DNA from: Eledone cirrhosa
Lineage: Eukaryota
NCBI GenBank assembly: GCA_964016885.1
Contig: OZ024743.1
Location: forward strand, 353,276,001 to 353,340,000
Reading direction: 5' to 3'
DNA length: 64,000 nt
Part shown: positions 11,660 through 22,918 of the stretch, piece after piece
How positions within the stretch are numbered: position 1 is the stretch's first letter
Layout: every line of letters starts with the position of its first letter
Translations under genes and position numbers: made by a program
Notes under the pieces: model-generated
What the model saw: only the letters and a program-made list of their open reading frames with translations
Database searches by the model: none
Told to the model about the DNA's origin: nothing

Positions 11660-12959
11660 CTGAAAAACATAGATACATAGAGAGATAGATACATAGAATG
11701 ATAGCTAGATACATGCATATATAAATACATACACACACACACATAGAGCTCCTGTCTCTATTCCAACCAAACACCATCTATTTGGTGTTGGCATTGTTTG
11801 TGTGCATATGTGTGTGTGTGTGCATACATATTTAACTAAGTTAAAAAATATGAAATATAAAAACTCTAACAAGGATCCAACAAGAGAGCCTGTACATGGT
11901 CATTTGCTCTGCTAGAAATGCTCTCTTTAGCATCTTGTAATGCATTTAGCAGAAAATGTCTAAAAATGGATTTGTTAATTCAAATGTTTACAGTAGGAAA
12001 ATTTGTAGTGTTAAAGACTTTAATTTATAATGCAATGTGTCTGTAGTATTGTTTTGTACCTTTCAACATTGTTTTTCTAATGTGGCCATGCTGTATAGGA
12101 TTTTAAGTGTTGAATAAGGTAAGAACACATTGGATAATGTAGTCCTAGATATAATCCTAAAAAGACAGAGTTATTACAGCTAAAATGCCTTTGATCATAG
12201 TTCTATATAATCAGGGTTGAATTGAAGCTGTACACTATATTAAAATACAAGTGTTGCATAACATTATACTAAAACACATAGCACTAAATGTACACTGCAA
12301 CATCTAAAAGTTATAATGACATCTTAGAAAAAAAATATGCTGGATAATGTGATCCTAGTTTCCCTGAATATAGAAAAAAAGATGAAATAAACACAGCTGA
12401 AATGCTTTTAATCAAAGGTCTGCTCTATCAGAGTTGACCAGGGCAAAACAACAAACATACAGATGAGAGAGAGGGTACAACAAACCTAGACTGCAACACT
12501 GCATACACTTAATCACTGCATGTCAAAATGTGCAGTATGGTCCCAAACTAGATGGAAGTACAACATATTTGAAGCTGTGGCTCACACCTCATCATTTTTC
12601 TGATTATCTATATACCATAAGCCTGTTTGATTAGGGCTGACAACACAACACCACCACCCAGATGAATATTTTTTAAAAAAGCATCGACTACACTATCATT
12701 ATTAACGGTAGCAGGGCGGTGGATTGGCAGTATCAGTATAAAGTTGGACACCATGCTTTGCAGCATAGAGTTACGGCCCTTTGCGGTCTGAATTCGAATC
12801 CCGCCGAGGTTAACTTTACCTTTCATCCTTACGGGGTCAATAAAATAAAGTACCAGTAATGTACTGAGGTAAATGATGGCCTTGTGCCAAACAATTATTA
12901 ATGGTAGCAGCACCCACAATATTTATCACCTGGCAGCAACACCACTAACACCACAAAAA

Positions 12960-13280
12960 GTAGCCTTTGTGTGGTTGTTGAACCTACTAGAAATAATAAC
13001 CATATCTACTTCAAATCACATCTTACCATCTTTAAAAAAAGGGCATGTTGGTTAATGTGGTCCAGACTTCCTTACACAGGAAAAAGATGGAATGATCCAG
13101 TTAAAATGGCAGCTCCGGCTTGGCCTAGAGCTAAAACATCAGCAGCTAAAAACACAACATATAATGAAGGGGGCTTCAATGCAGTTTTCTGACCTGTTAG
13201 AAATAGCAGCCAAATCTTCTTCAAATCACACCTTAGTGTGTTAGGAAAAGGATACAAGGCATATTGTAATCCTAAAAGCA
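12960..13280. repeat. Abundant dispersed repeat of unknown class (many copies, e.g. 1-110, 22270-22460, 29640-30140, 59620-59800)
   Basis: Shared gaaatagcagccaaatct...tcaaatcacacc...ggataatgtag motifs. Confidence 0.65.
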
Positions 13281-13295
13281 TAATGTTTGACTTAA

Positions 13296-13500
13296 CCCTT
13301 TAGCATTTAAACCGGTTGTAACTGGCCAGAATTCTCTAACCACTTTCTGTTCAAACCAGCTGTAACCAGTCACTCATACTGATGTTAAGGTATTGTTCTT
13401 AAAATAAATATCAAAATCTCATAGATTCGATATTATGTGAGATAAAGCCCTTACCGTGAAAATATAATAGTAAATATAGAGTAATGTAAATGCTAAAGAG
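13296..13500. mobile_element. piggyBac-like MITE
   Basis: TTAA|CCCTTTAGCATTTA ... TAAATGCTAAAGAG|TTAA. A partial inverted copy ends at 33844. Confidence 0.75.
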
Positions 13501-14119
13501 TTAAAAAAAAAGACAACCAGGATTATCACAGCTCAAATGATTATCATAGGTCTGCTTGTAGCATTAAGGCTAACCTAGAGGGCTAAACAACAACAACAAC
13601 ACTAACAACATTTCTTTCACCACCACAACTTCCAACTCTGCAAGAAATACATTCAACAGTGTTCTTATTTCTAGTGTGATAAGAATACACCAACACTCTC
13701 TCCACCCTGCCACCAACAGCAGCAAAAAACCAGCACCACTGCCACCACCACTAGTAATGACAGACAGACACCAACTCTGTATCATTGTGTTAGTGGTATC
13801 AGGCCTCAGTTTATGTCTGATAGTTTCAGATGTGTAAAGATTTTTACATAGATTGTAGGGTCTGTGGTAAATGGTAGCAATAGCAGTGGTGAGAGGAGAG
13901 GGGAAAAGAGTATGGTGGAGTTATATTACCCCTCCCCCGGGTGGGGGGGGGATGAGTGTAGAGGCAGTGGTAGATGGCAGAAATAGGAGGAGAGAGGATG
14001 ATAGATGGAAAGAGAATAAGTTAAAAATGTATTTAACACCTTTAGGTGTGTGTATGTATGTGTTTGTACACAGGGGTACAATGGTTGTCATATAAAGCCA
14101 CCACTCCCACTATTACAAC

Positions 14120-14580
14120 TATAAACTACCACTGGCACCACAACAACTTTTGCTCCTGTAAACCACAATTGCTATTGAAAACTACAACCTACACTACTAC
14201 CACTTCTGTTGTTATTAAAAACTACAACCAATACTACTATCACTACTGTTGTTCTTGAAAACTACGACCTATGCTACTACTACTACTACTGTTATTGAAA
14301 ACTAGCTCCTAAACCACTACAACTGTTGTTATTGAAAACTACAACCTAAACTACTACCACTACTGTTGTTATTAAAAACTACAACCTACACCACTACTGT
14401 TACTATTGAAAACTACCTCTTAAACCACTACCACTACAATTGTTGCTATTGAAAACTACAACCTACACTACTACTGTTGTTATTGAAAACTACCTCATAT
14501 ACTGTAACCTCTACTGTTGCTATTGAACACTACAACCTACACTACTACCACGATTATCACAACAATTGTTGCAACTACCA
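14120..14580. repeat. Degenerate minisatellite, ~30-40 bp unit
   Basis: Recurring actactgttgttattgaaaactacaacctac with variable ACT triplet number. Confidence 0.85.
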
Positions 14581-15050
14581 TGGTTTGAGGTAATTTGGTT
14601 GCTATTTCTAGCAGAGTGAGAAACCCAATAGAGGGTTCCATGCTATAGCTGTTGGTGTTGCTGCTGTTGTTTAGCCCACCAGCTGAGCCATTACTGAGTA
14701 GACATATATTCAAAGGTCATCTAGTCATGATCAATCTGTCAGTTGTGATGGCAATATGTGATTTTACTATTTCTATGACTTTTGAAAACATGGAACAAAG
14801 TGCCTGCATCAGTTGTTAGTTGTCAGGACACTGCATCCTTCAAAACTTCCATCCTTCTTGAAATTCGCCAACACTACACCTGATATTCCCCCTCCATACA
14901 TATGCATACGTGTATCTGTGTGTATATCATGACTCGTACACTGTTTACTTTCCTGTCATTTGTACATTATTCTATGTACTATACATGCACCTTTGATAAG
15001 TTGTAGTGCACCTGAGCACTCTACACAATAACTTTCATTATTTTATATAA

Positions 15051-15241
15051 GGGCGGTGGATTGGCAGTATCGGTAGAGGGTCGGACGCCATGCTTTCCAG
15101 CATAGTTACGTCCCTTTACGATCTGAGTTCAAATCCCGCCGAGGTTGACTTTGCCTTTCATCCTTACGGGGTCGATAAAATAAAGTACCAGTAATGCACT
15201 GGGTAATTTGCTGGCCTTGTGCTTAAAGTAGAAACAATTAT
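15051..15241 (+). mobile_element. Nin/Deu-domain-like SINE (other copies ~12714-12897, 21890-22108, 51466-51655, 53420-53575 on plus; ~21120-21425, 58540-58808 on minus)
   Basis: tRNA-like head (TGGCAGTATCGG, GAGTTCAAATCC) followed by GCCTTTCATCCTT.CGGGGTCGATAAAAT.AAGTACCAG. Confidence 0.8.
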
Positions 15242-15593
15242 TTTATATCAAGCAACTATGTAACAATTTGAGTTTTGAGAGTATATTCCTGGTGTGTGTA
15301 TAGACTGTACCTGCATGTTCATGTGTGTAACAAAAAAATACAAACCCTAGGTCATCATCATCATCGTTTGATGTACATTTTCCATGCTTGCATGGGTTAG
15401 CAGGGTTGGCATGTTATGAAATATATCAGGTCCAAAGACCATGTCTTGCTCATATGAATCTATATTTTGGGTGTGTTTCTATGGCTGGATGTCCTTCATA
15501 GCACCAACCATGTTACAGTGTGGACTGGGTGCTTTTTGTCGTGTTACACATAAGGGGGGGGGGGTGTAAAGTTACTGTGGAAAAACCATTCAC

Positions 15594-15731
15594 CTTTCAA
15601 GGCTGCAGGGTCTGGTTTCTTCAGGTCATCTTCATTGAGAAGAGTATCAGAGTCCAAGAGGTCATCATCATCCAAATCATTACCAGAAAGGGACCAGATT
15701 TTAGCAGTAGCAGTAGCAGCAGCAGGTTCAG
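15594..15731 (-). CDS. CIAPIN1: Anamorsin coding exon 4 (acidic linker)
   Basis: Acceptor ttccag|CT. Reads [37 protein letters not shown], the anamorsin W.L...D...LIDSD.LL..EDLKKPDP.SL motif. Donor G|gtgaat; 138 bp. Confidence 0.96.
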
Positions 15732-17107
15732 CTGGAAACAATAACAAGGAAAGTGATTAATGGCATATGGTATGGTCCAATGAGACATAACACAGTGGTG
15801 TGTTGAAGCAAAACAGTAACATGCAACATATACTAAAACACTACTGCACATAGCACTAAATGTACACTGCAGCATCTAAAAGTTATAATGACATCTTAGA
15901 AAAAAAAAATGCTGGATAATGTGATCCTAGTTTCCCTGAATATAGAAAAATAGATGAAATAGACACAGCTGAAATGCTTTTAACCAAAGGTCCGCTCCCA
16001 CACTCATATCACCTCCAACCCTAACCCCTCTATCCCGTCACCTACCACCCTCTTTCCTCTCTTCGCAACCTTCGGCATCACGATGACATTGTCATCAAAC
16101 CCACTGACAAAGGTGGCGCTGTGGTGGTTTGGAGCGCTGACCTCCATAGGTCTGAGGCTCCCCGCCAGCTTCACAATACCCTTTTTTACCGCCCTTTATC
16201 CTCTGACCCCACTCCTGGCTACCAACAACTCGTACCCTCCACCATCCACGAGCTCATCTCCTCCTCTCTCCTACCCCCACCCCCTCCCCCCACAGCCACC
16301 ACCCCTCGCACACCCATCATCTACTTCCTCCCCAAAATATACAAACAAAATAATCCTGGCCGTCCTATCGTTTCTGCGTGCACCTACCCCTAGATAATTT
16401 CTGAATATTTAAACACCATCTTCGCTCCGTTGGTCGGCAATCTCCCTTCCCACATCCACGATACAAATCATGCCCTTAGACTCTTCAACTCTTTCTCCTT
16501 CCCTCCTGGTCCCTCCCGCTTTCTCTTTACCCTGGACATCACCTATCTCTATACCGTCATCCCTCATGATGACTGCCTCCGCGCTCTCCAACATTTTTTT
16601 ACCCCTTACCCCAGCACCACCACTCTTCTCCGTCTGGCTGAGCTTGTTCTCAGCCTTAATGGATTTCCTTTTTCGGGTGAATTTTATCAGCAGGTCTCTG
16701 GGGTAGCGATGAGAACCAGAATAGGTCCAAACTATGCCAATTGTTTGTTGTCTACGTCGAAGCCCAGATTCTGTCTACTATGTGTGTTGTGAGGAGCCGT
16801 ATGTAACTCCTAGTATTTTTTTGGCTATGTTTATTTCATTCAGGTTTGATTGCATTTAATTGTCACTAGTTCAATTGATAAGGGATCAATGAATTTGGTA
16901 GCTGGAGAGTGAGGTTTTTAAGTGACTTAAAAAGTATTGGAGTAGTTGAACAGCAACATTTTGGGAATGGTGGGAAGGTGTATGTGAACAATCATCTGCA
17001 TATGAGGCTATCTGTATGTTTTGTGGAAGTGTAAGGTCCTGTAGGTAAAAATTCAAAAGAGTTGATGAGAAGTCAGAGCCTTTTGTATAATTTTACATTC
17101 ACTTTAG

Positions 17108-19170
17108 AAAGATGCATGGAAGAGTCATTATGATAGATTACTAAATGAGGAGAATGCATGGGAAGAAGAGACCCTACCCCACGTAGACCCTATAGAGGGA
17201 CCAGCAGTACAAGTCAGCGGCAGCGTAGTAAGTAAGGCAATCAGAGATATGAAGATAGGGAAGGCAACCGGTCCATCGGGTATAGCTGCCGAGATGCTGA
17301 AGGCATCTGGGTCTGTAGGTCACACTATAACCACACGTATCGTTAACCAGGTAATACTAGAGGGGGCCATACCAAAAGATTGGTGCAGTAGCATCATTGT
17401 CAACTGCTACAAAGGTAAAGGCGATGCACTAGATAGAGGAAACTATAGAGGTATAAAGTTGATGGACCAGGTCATGAAAGTAACAGAAAGAGTTATAGCA
17501 CAGCTGATTAGGGACCGGGTGAATATAGACGAGATGCAATTTGGTTTTGTTCCAGGGAAAGGCACCACTGATGCGCTCTTCCTTGTGAGGCAATTACAGG
17601 AAAAGTACCTAGCTAAAAGTAAGCCACTCTACTTGGCATTTGTCGACCTTGAGAAAGCCTTTGACAGAGTTCCACGTGCAGTAATCTGGTGGGCTCTTAG
17701 AAAACTAGGAGTAGATGAATGGCTTGTGAAAGCGGTACAAGCCATGTATAGGGGAGCAGTCAGCAAAGTTAGGATTGGCAATGAGTATAGCGAGGAATTT
17801 AGCGTACAGGTTGGGGTCCACCAGGGCTCTGTTCTTAGCCCTCTCCTGTTCATCATAGTCCTGCAGGCAATAACGGAGGAGTTTAAGACCGGATGCCCAT
17901 GGGAACTCCTGTATGCTGATGACCTCGCACTCATAGCTGAATCTATGGTAGAACTAGAGAATAAATTCCAAACCTGGAAGCAGGGACTAGAGAGAAAGGG
18001 CCTCAAAGTCAACATGACAAAGACTAAGGTCCTTATAAGTAGACGAGAAAACAGAACCCAGATCCCCTCAGGGAAATGGCCTTGCTCAGTATGTAGGAAA
18101 GGTGTAGGTAGGAACTCCATTCTTTGCCCCAAATGCAAACAATGGGTACACAAGAGATGTAGCGGGATCTCAGGAAGCTTAATTAAGAATGTAGGATTCA
18201 CATGCAGCAGCTGTGCTGAAACAGCAAGCAAACAGCCACAGGAAACAAGTACCACCAATCTCTGGGAGGGCCCTGTAGAAACAGTAGACAGCTTCTGCTA
18301 CCTAGGTGACCGAATTAGCAACGGAGGTGGGTGCTCAGAAAGTACAATAACTAGGGTAAGAACGGGATGGAAGAAGTTTAGGGAACTACTACCACTGCTA
18401 GCTGCAAAAGGCTTCTCCCTCAGAATGAAAGGCAGACTGTATGATGCGTGTATCCGAACAGCGATGTTGCATGGTAGTGAGACCTGGGCGCTGAAGGTGG
18501 AAGACTTACGTAGATTAGAGAGAAACGAAGCCTGCATGCTCCGATGGATGTGTAACAGTAATATACGTGAACGACAAAGCATAAATGAATTGAGAGAGAG
18601 ACTGAGCATAAGAGGAATCAAATGCTGCGTGCAGGAGAGGCGGTTACGCTGGTATGGACATGTGATGCGTATGAAGGATGACAGCTGCATAAAAAGGTGC
18701 AGAGCACTAGAAGTTGATGGAAACCGCGGAGTGGGGAGACCCAAGATGACTTGGGATGAGGTGATAAAAGCCGACCTTACCCAACTACACCTCTCAAAGT
18801 CAATGACACACGACCGTGACTTCTGGCGTCACGCAGTAATACAGGGTACCCGACCTCCCATGGGTACATGCTGAAGCATATAAACAATATGCCCCCCCCC
18901 CCCACCGCAAGGTGGTCGTGGAGGTGCCACGGCAAAAAAGCACCCAGCCCACACTGTAAAGTGGACGTGTAGGCGCCACGAAAAAGCACCCAGCACTCAC
19001 TGTAAATGAGGTTGGTGTTAGGAAGGGCATCCAGCTGTAGAAATCAAGCCAGATCAGTTCCTGTATGAGCAAGGCATGGTCAGCCGACCAGACACTGCCC
19101 ACAACAGGACAACCCGTCTAACCCATGCTAGCGTGGAAGAACGGACGTAAAACGGTGATGATGATGATGA
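17108..19170 (+). mobile_element. 5'-truncated young RTE-clade LINE with (ATG)n tail
   Basis: Frame open from 17108 (KDAWKSHYDRLLNEEN) to 18874, followed by a 3' UTR with internal repeats and a TGATGATGATGA tail. Confidence 0.95.
17249..18874 (+). CDS. RTE reverse transcriptase ORF (uninterrupted, N-terminally truncated) with PHD-like Cys/His insert
   Basis: NYRGIKL, QFGF, FVDLEKAFD, GVHQGSVLSP, YADD, FCYLG, RLRWYGH, GRPK. Insert CSVC-CPKC-H-C-CSSC. Confidence 0.93.
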   Translation: MKIGKATGPSGIAAEMLKASGSVGHTITTRIVNQVILEGAIPKDWCSSIIVNCYKGKGDALDRGNYRGIKLMDQVMKVTERVIAQLIRDRVNIDEMQFGFVPGKGTTDALFLVRQLQEKYLAKSKPLYLAFVDLEKAFDRVPRAVIWWALRKLGVDEWLVKAVQAMYRGAVSKVRIGNEYSEEFSVQVGVHQGSVLSPLLFIIVLQAITEEFKTGCPWELLYADDLALIAESMVELENKFQTWKQGLERKGLKVNMTKTKVLISRRENRTQIPSGKWPCSVCRKGVGRNSILCPKCKQWVHKRCSGISGSLIKNVGFTCSSCAETASKQPQETSTTNLWEGPVETVDSFCYLGDRISNGGGCSESTITRVRTGWKKFRELLPLLAAKGFSLRMKGRLYDACIRTAMLHGSETWALKVEDLRRLERNEACMLRWMCNSNIRERQSINELRERLSIRGIKCCVQERRLRWYGHVMRMKDDSCIKRCRALEVDGNRGVGRPKMTWDEVIKADLTQLHLSKSMTHDRDFWRHAVIQGTRPPMGTC

Positions 19171-20700
19171 TACGCTGGCCCGACTCCTGAGCTATACGGT
19201 CGTTATATCGACGACTGTATCGGCGTCACCTTTCTATCACGAGAACAGCTCAACTGTTTTCTTTCTTTTGTCCAATCTTTCCATCCTGCTCTCAATTTCA
19301 CCGCCTCCGTCTCCGATTCTTCTGTCGCTTTTCTAGATATCTCTCTATCTATTAATCACTCTCACCACACTCTCTACTTCCATCTACATTAAACCAACAG
19401 ACTCCCAATCTTATCTCGACTTCACCTCCTCCCATCCAACCCACACCAAACACTCCATAGCCTATTCCCAATTCCTCCGTCTTCGTCGACTCTGTAGCCA
19501 GGACTACGATTTCGAAACCCATTCCCTTCGCACGGCTTCCTGCTTCATCCAGTGTGGATATCCCCCCACCCTGATCCAAGCTGCTCTCACCCGCGCCCGT
19601 GAAACAGACCACACCACAGCCCTCTCACGTCATCCCCACCCTCCCAACACCCATGTACCTTTCCCTCTCACCTACCACCCCATCACCCTACCACTCCGGC
19701 GACATATCCCCCGTTCCTTCTGTATCCTCTCTTCTGACCCCGTCACTTCTCGCTTTTTTCCAAACCACCCATTACTGCTTTTAAGCACGCCGACAACCTC
19801 CGCGACCTCCTGGTTCGTAGTTCATTTTCATCTTCTCCCACGACTCCACCCGGCTCTCATCCTTGTTCCCGCTGCAACACTTGTCCCTTTATTTCCACCT
19901 TCACCACTCTTACAGGCCCTAACGGGTCTTTCTGTATCCGCCATTCCTTTACCTACACATCCAACCGCATTGTCTATGACCTCCGGTGTTCCCTTTGTGG
20001 GTCTTTATATATCAGACAAACGGGACGCCGTATTGCGGACCATTTTGCCGAACATTTGAGGGACATACGACTCGGTTTGGATACTCCTGTCGCCTGTCAT
20101 TTCTGTGCTCCTGGTCATTCTTCTGTACATGTTTCAGTCCTGGGTGTCCTTTTACATCATGGATCACAGGCCTCACACACCAGGACTGAACAAAGTCTGA
20201 TTCACCGCCTTGGGTCCTATTCCCCTCTTGGACTCAACTCACCTCCCCAATTTCTCTAATACCCCGTCCATTATCACCCCCTAGATTCCTATCGCTTTCT
20301 CTTGATCATTAGCAGCTTCTCTTACTACTAATACATGCCGATACACACCCTTATATTAAAATTGCTCATAGCTTCGTACTTACATGCACACACACTCTTT
20401 TACTCACATATACGCACACATTTCTTCTTAGCTTCGAACGGACGTATAATAACACACACCCCACACATAAACATGCTTACGCACGTGCTCAAGTATAGCT
20501 CTTTTTACAAAATGTTTTTTTTTCTATTTCAGGTAGACGCACTCCATCATCCACTTTTCTAAAAAATAAATCAAATACAAAACGCCAGCACCAACAGTTT
20601 TGCAAGAGATGTCAACATGAATAGACCTGTTATTTTTATCTAGACATTTTTTCCAATTCCACCTCGCCCGTCTCTTCAATCTATCTTATTTTTCATTCTT

Positions 20701-20736
20701 TCTTCTGATGAAGGACTAGCGTCCGAAACGTTAAGA
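20701..20736 (+). ncRNA. Minimal type I hammerhead ribozyme in the Penelope pseudo-LTR
   Basis: TCTT-CTGATGA-A-GGAC-tagc-GTCC-GAAA-CGTT-AAGA: core boxes, stem II, stem I TCTT/AAGA, palindromic ACGT stem III. Confidence 0.85.
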
Positions 20737-22761
20737 CCCTCTTCCTGCTATATCAAGCGTTAACCTAATATATCCCTTCCATATACTGTACCGATTCTGT
20801 TGTTATTTCTGTTTACCTTTTACATACATATATCATCATCATCATCTTCGTTTAACGTCCATCTGTGTGTATATATGTATAAACTATCTTTTTACACTGA
20901 TGAACTCACATATCTGCCTCCAACAAGTGATTATCTTTATGTAAAACAAGCAAAGGACATCCACAGATTTTGGTGAGCAACTAAACTTTCTGAAAACATC
21001 CTACAGAAGTTCCCTATTTCCAGTTTCAAAGATCAGACACATCGTGAAATACATGTGAACAAGTTATAATGAATGTTGTCCCCTGTATTTCTTCTGAAGT
21101 TGCTTGTAATGTATGTATCCTGATAGAGTCGTAGGGGCGCTGTATTGACATACAGCATTTCTCGGGCATTTTAAGCCTGGCGGAGCCCATCCCTCTCCAG
21201 GTCTAAGTGCAGCAGATTTCTTCCAGAGAAAGAGAAAAAGTGAGAGAGAGGAAATGAGAAAAAGATATAGAGGAAGAATCAACCCCAGTACTTGACTGGT
21301 ACTTTTTCTATCGACCTTGAAAGGATGAAAGGCAAAGTCAACCTCGGTGTGATTTGAATTCAGAGAGCAGAGAGCCAGAACGAATATCACAAAGCATTCT
21401 AACGACTCTGCCAATTCGCCACCTATATGCTTGTAATGAAGATCATGAAAACTGTAGAAGTCACACTGTAATATTTGTGTGATGTTTCTTGACAATGTTG
21501 TAGTCAACAGATTTGTCTCCCTTGTTTCTGTAGCTGGTGACAATATTGATTTCTAATTTAGGCACAAGGCCAGCAAGGCAAAGTTAATTAAATCAACGCA
21601 ATATTTGACTTGTACTTTATTCTACTGATACCCAGAAAGATATAAGGGAACATTGACTTCAACAGAATTTGAACTCAAAATGTAAACAGCCAGAACAACT
21701 ACAGCAACGACATTTTATCTGTCACACTACCAATTCTAGGTGGTGACAATACTGACATCCTTCTAATACATCCTTCTTGTTCCACTTTGTGGAATGTTGT
21801 GTATTCCAGGAAATTTCCTGTTTCTTAGTGTTTTGTTTTCAATATTAACTTCAGCAGCCAAACACTTTGGTAAAGCCACTTTTAAAAGAGCAGTGGATTG
21901 ACAGTATCGGTAGAGTTTTGGACACCATGCTTAGCAGCATAGTGTTACGGCCCTTTACAGTCCGAGTTCAAATCCCGCTGAGGTTAGCTTTGCCTTTCAT
22001 CCTTACGGGGTCGATAAAATAAAGCACCAGTAAGGCACTGGAGTTGATTTAATCGATTTTCCCCTCTCGCAAAATTGTTGGCCTTGTGCCTAAATCAGAA
22101 ACTAATATTAACTTCAGCAAAGATTGATGACTTGTCAAAGTGATGAACAGACATTTCACAAAATTCCCGAGAACCAAATAGTGAAGAAGGTCCTTAAACA
22201 TTGAGACTGTTGAACTTGCTGCAATTGAGCCTATTGAGTTTAATGAGGAATCCACTTAAAATCTGATATTTGGTAGTTGTTGTTTGGCTCCAGGACAATT
22301 CTGAAAAACATTCAAGCCATAACTATCCTGTCTTTTTAGGGGTATGGAGAGCTACATTATCTAATGTGCCCTTACCTGATATATGATGACAGGATGTGAT
22401 TTGAGGGAGATTTTGCTGTTATTTCTAGCAGGTCAAACAATTATATATAGGCTACCTCATGATAGGTGTGTCTAATACTTAGCTTGGACAGGCTAGAAAT
22501 GTCTGTACATTCTATATGACAAGCTAACTTGGTATATTAAGTTGTTTACTTTTATGTATGTAGAATCTCCTGGCAGCCCTTCCAACCAAACATTTTCATG
22601 TCTTGTCAATGCCCAAAACTGTACACCAAGGACTGCCATGTACAGCCACCAAAGGATCCACAAATGGATTTGATTACAATGTGTGTGTCTGAGACATGCA
22701 TATATACACATACAAACAAGTAGATGTACAAAAAAAAAACAGAAGAAATGAAAACCCTTAC

Positions 22762-22918
22762 TTGTTTTGGTCTTCGAAAGCAACTTTAGCTTAGTTGAGG
22801 AACCAATGGCATAGCTGGGCTTTGAAGCCGACAGATGAAGAAGGGAGCTTTCAGCTGGTAAATCACAAACTGCCTTGATGGAATCCACTTTAGAAGCACT
22901 GAGTTTGACTTCTGGGAG
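22762..22918 (-). CDS. CIAPIN1: Anamorsin coding exon 3
   Basis: Acceptor ttgcag|CTC. Reads LPEVKL...SASKPSYAIGSSTKLKL, matching the anamorsin KP.(F/Y)E.GSS..L motif. Donor A|gtaagg; 157 bp, phase 0 to 1. Confidence 0.92.

Larger units (their letters stand above)
15998..20820 (+). mobile_element. Penelope-like element (RT + GIY-YIG), decayed and interrupted by an insertion at 16780-19170
   Basis: IVIKPTDKGGAVVVW, LPKIYK...PGRPIVS, LDITYLYT.IP, YQQVSGVAM. Resumes at 19171 with YAGPTPELYGRYIDDC. GIY-YIG-like IVY..C..C..LYI.QTGR....F.EH near 19960-20070. Pseudo-LTR carries a hammerhead. Confidence 0.93.

Noticed and set aside
14120-14580. Mucin-like Thr-rich coding repeat
   Set aside because: Frequent stops and frame changes, intronic position and no splice signals.
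17629-18744. Long antisense ORFs (209 and 148 aa)
   Set aside because: Shadow frames of the RTE RT ORF with no independent motifs.
21064-21543. 159-aa ORF or extra anamorsin exon (KKSAALRPGEGWAPPG)
   Set aside because: It overlaps a Nin-type SINE and its tail recurs at 58540-58630. Exons 3 and 4 already join in phase.
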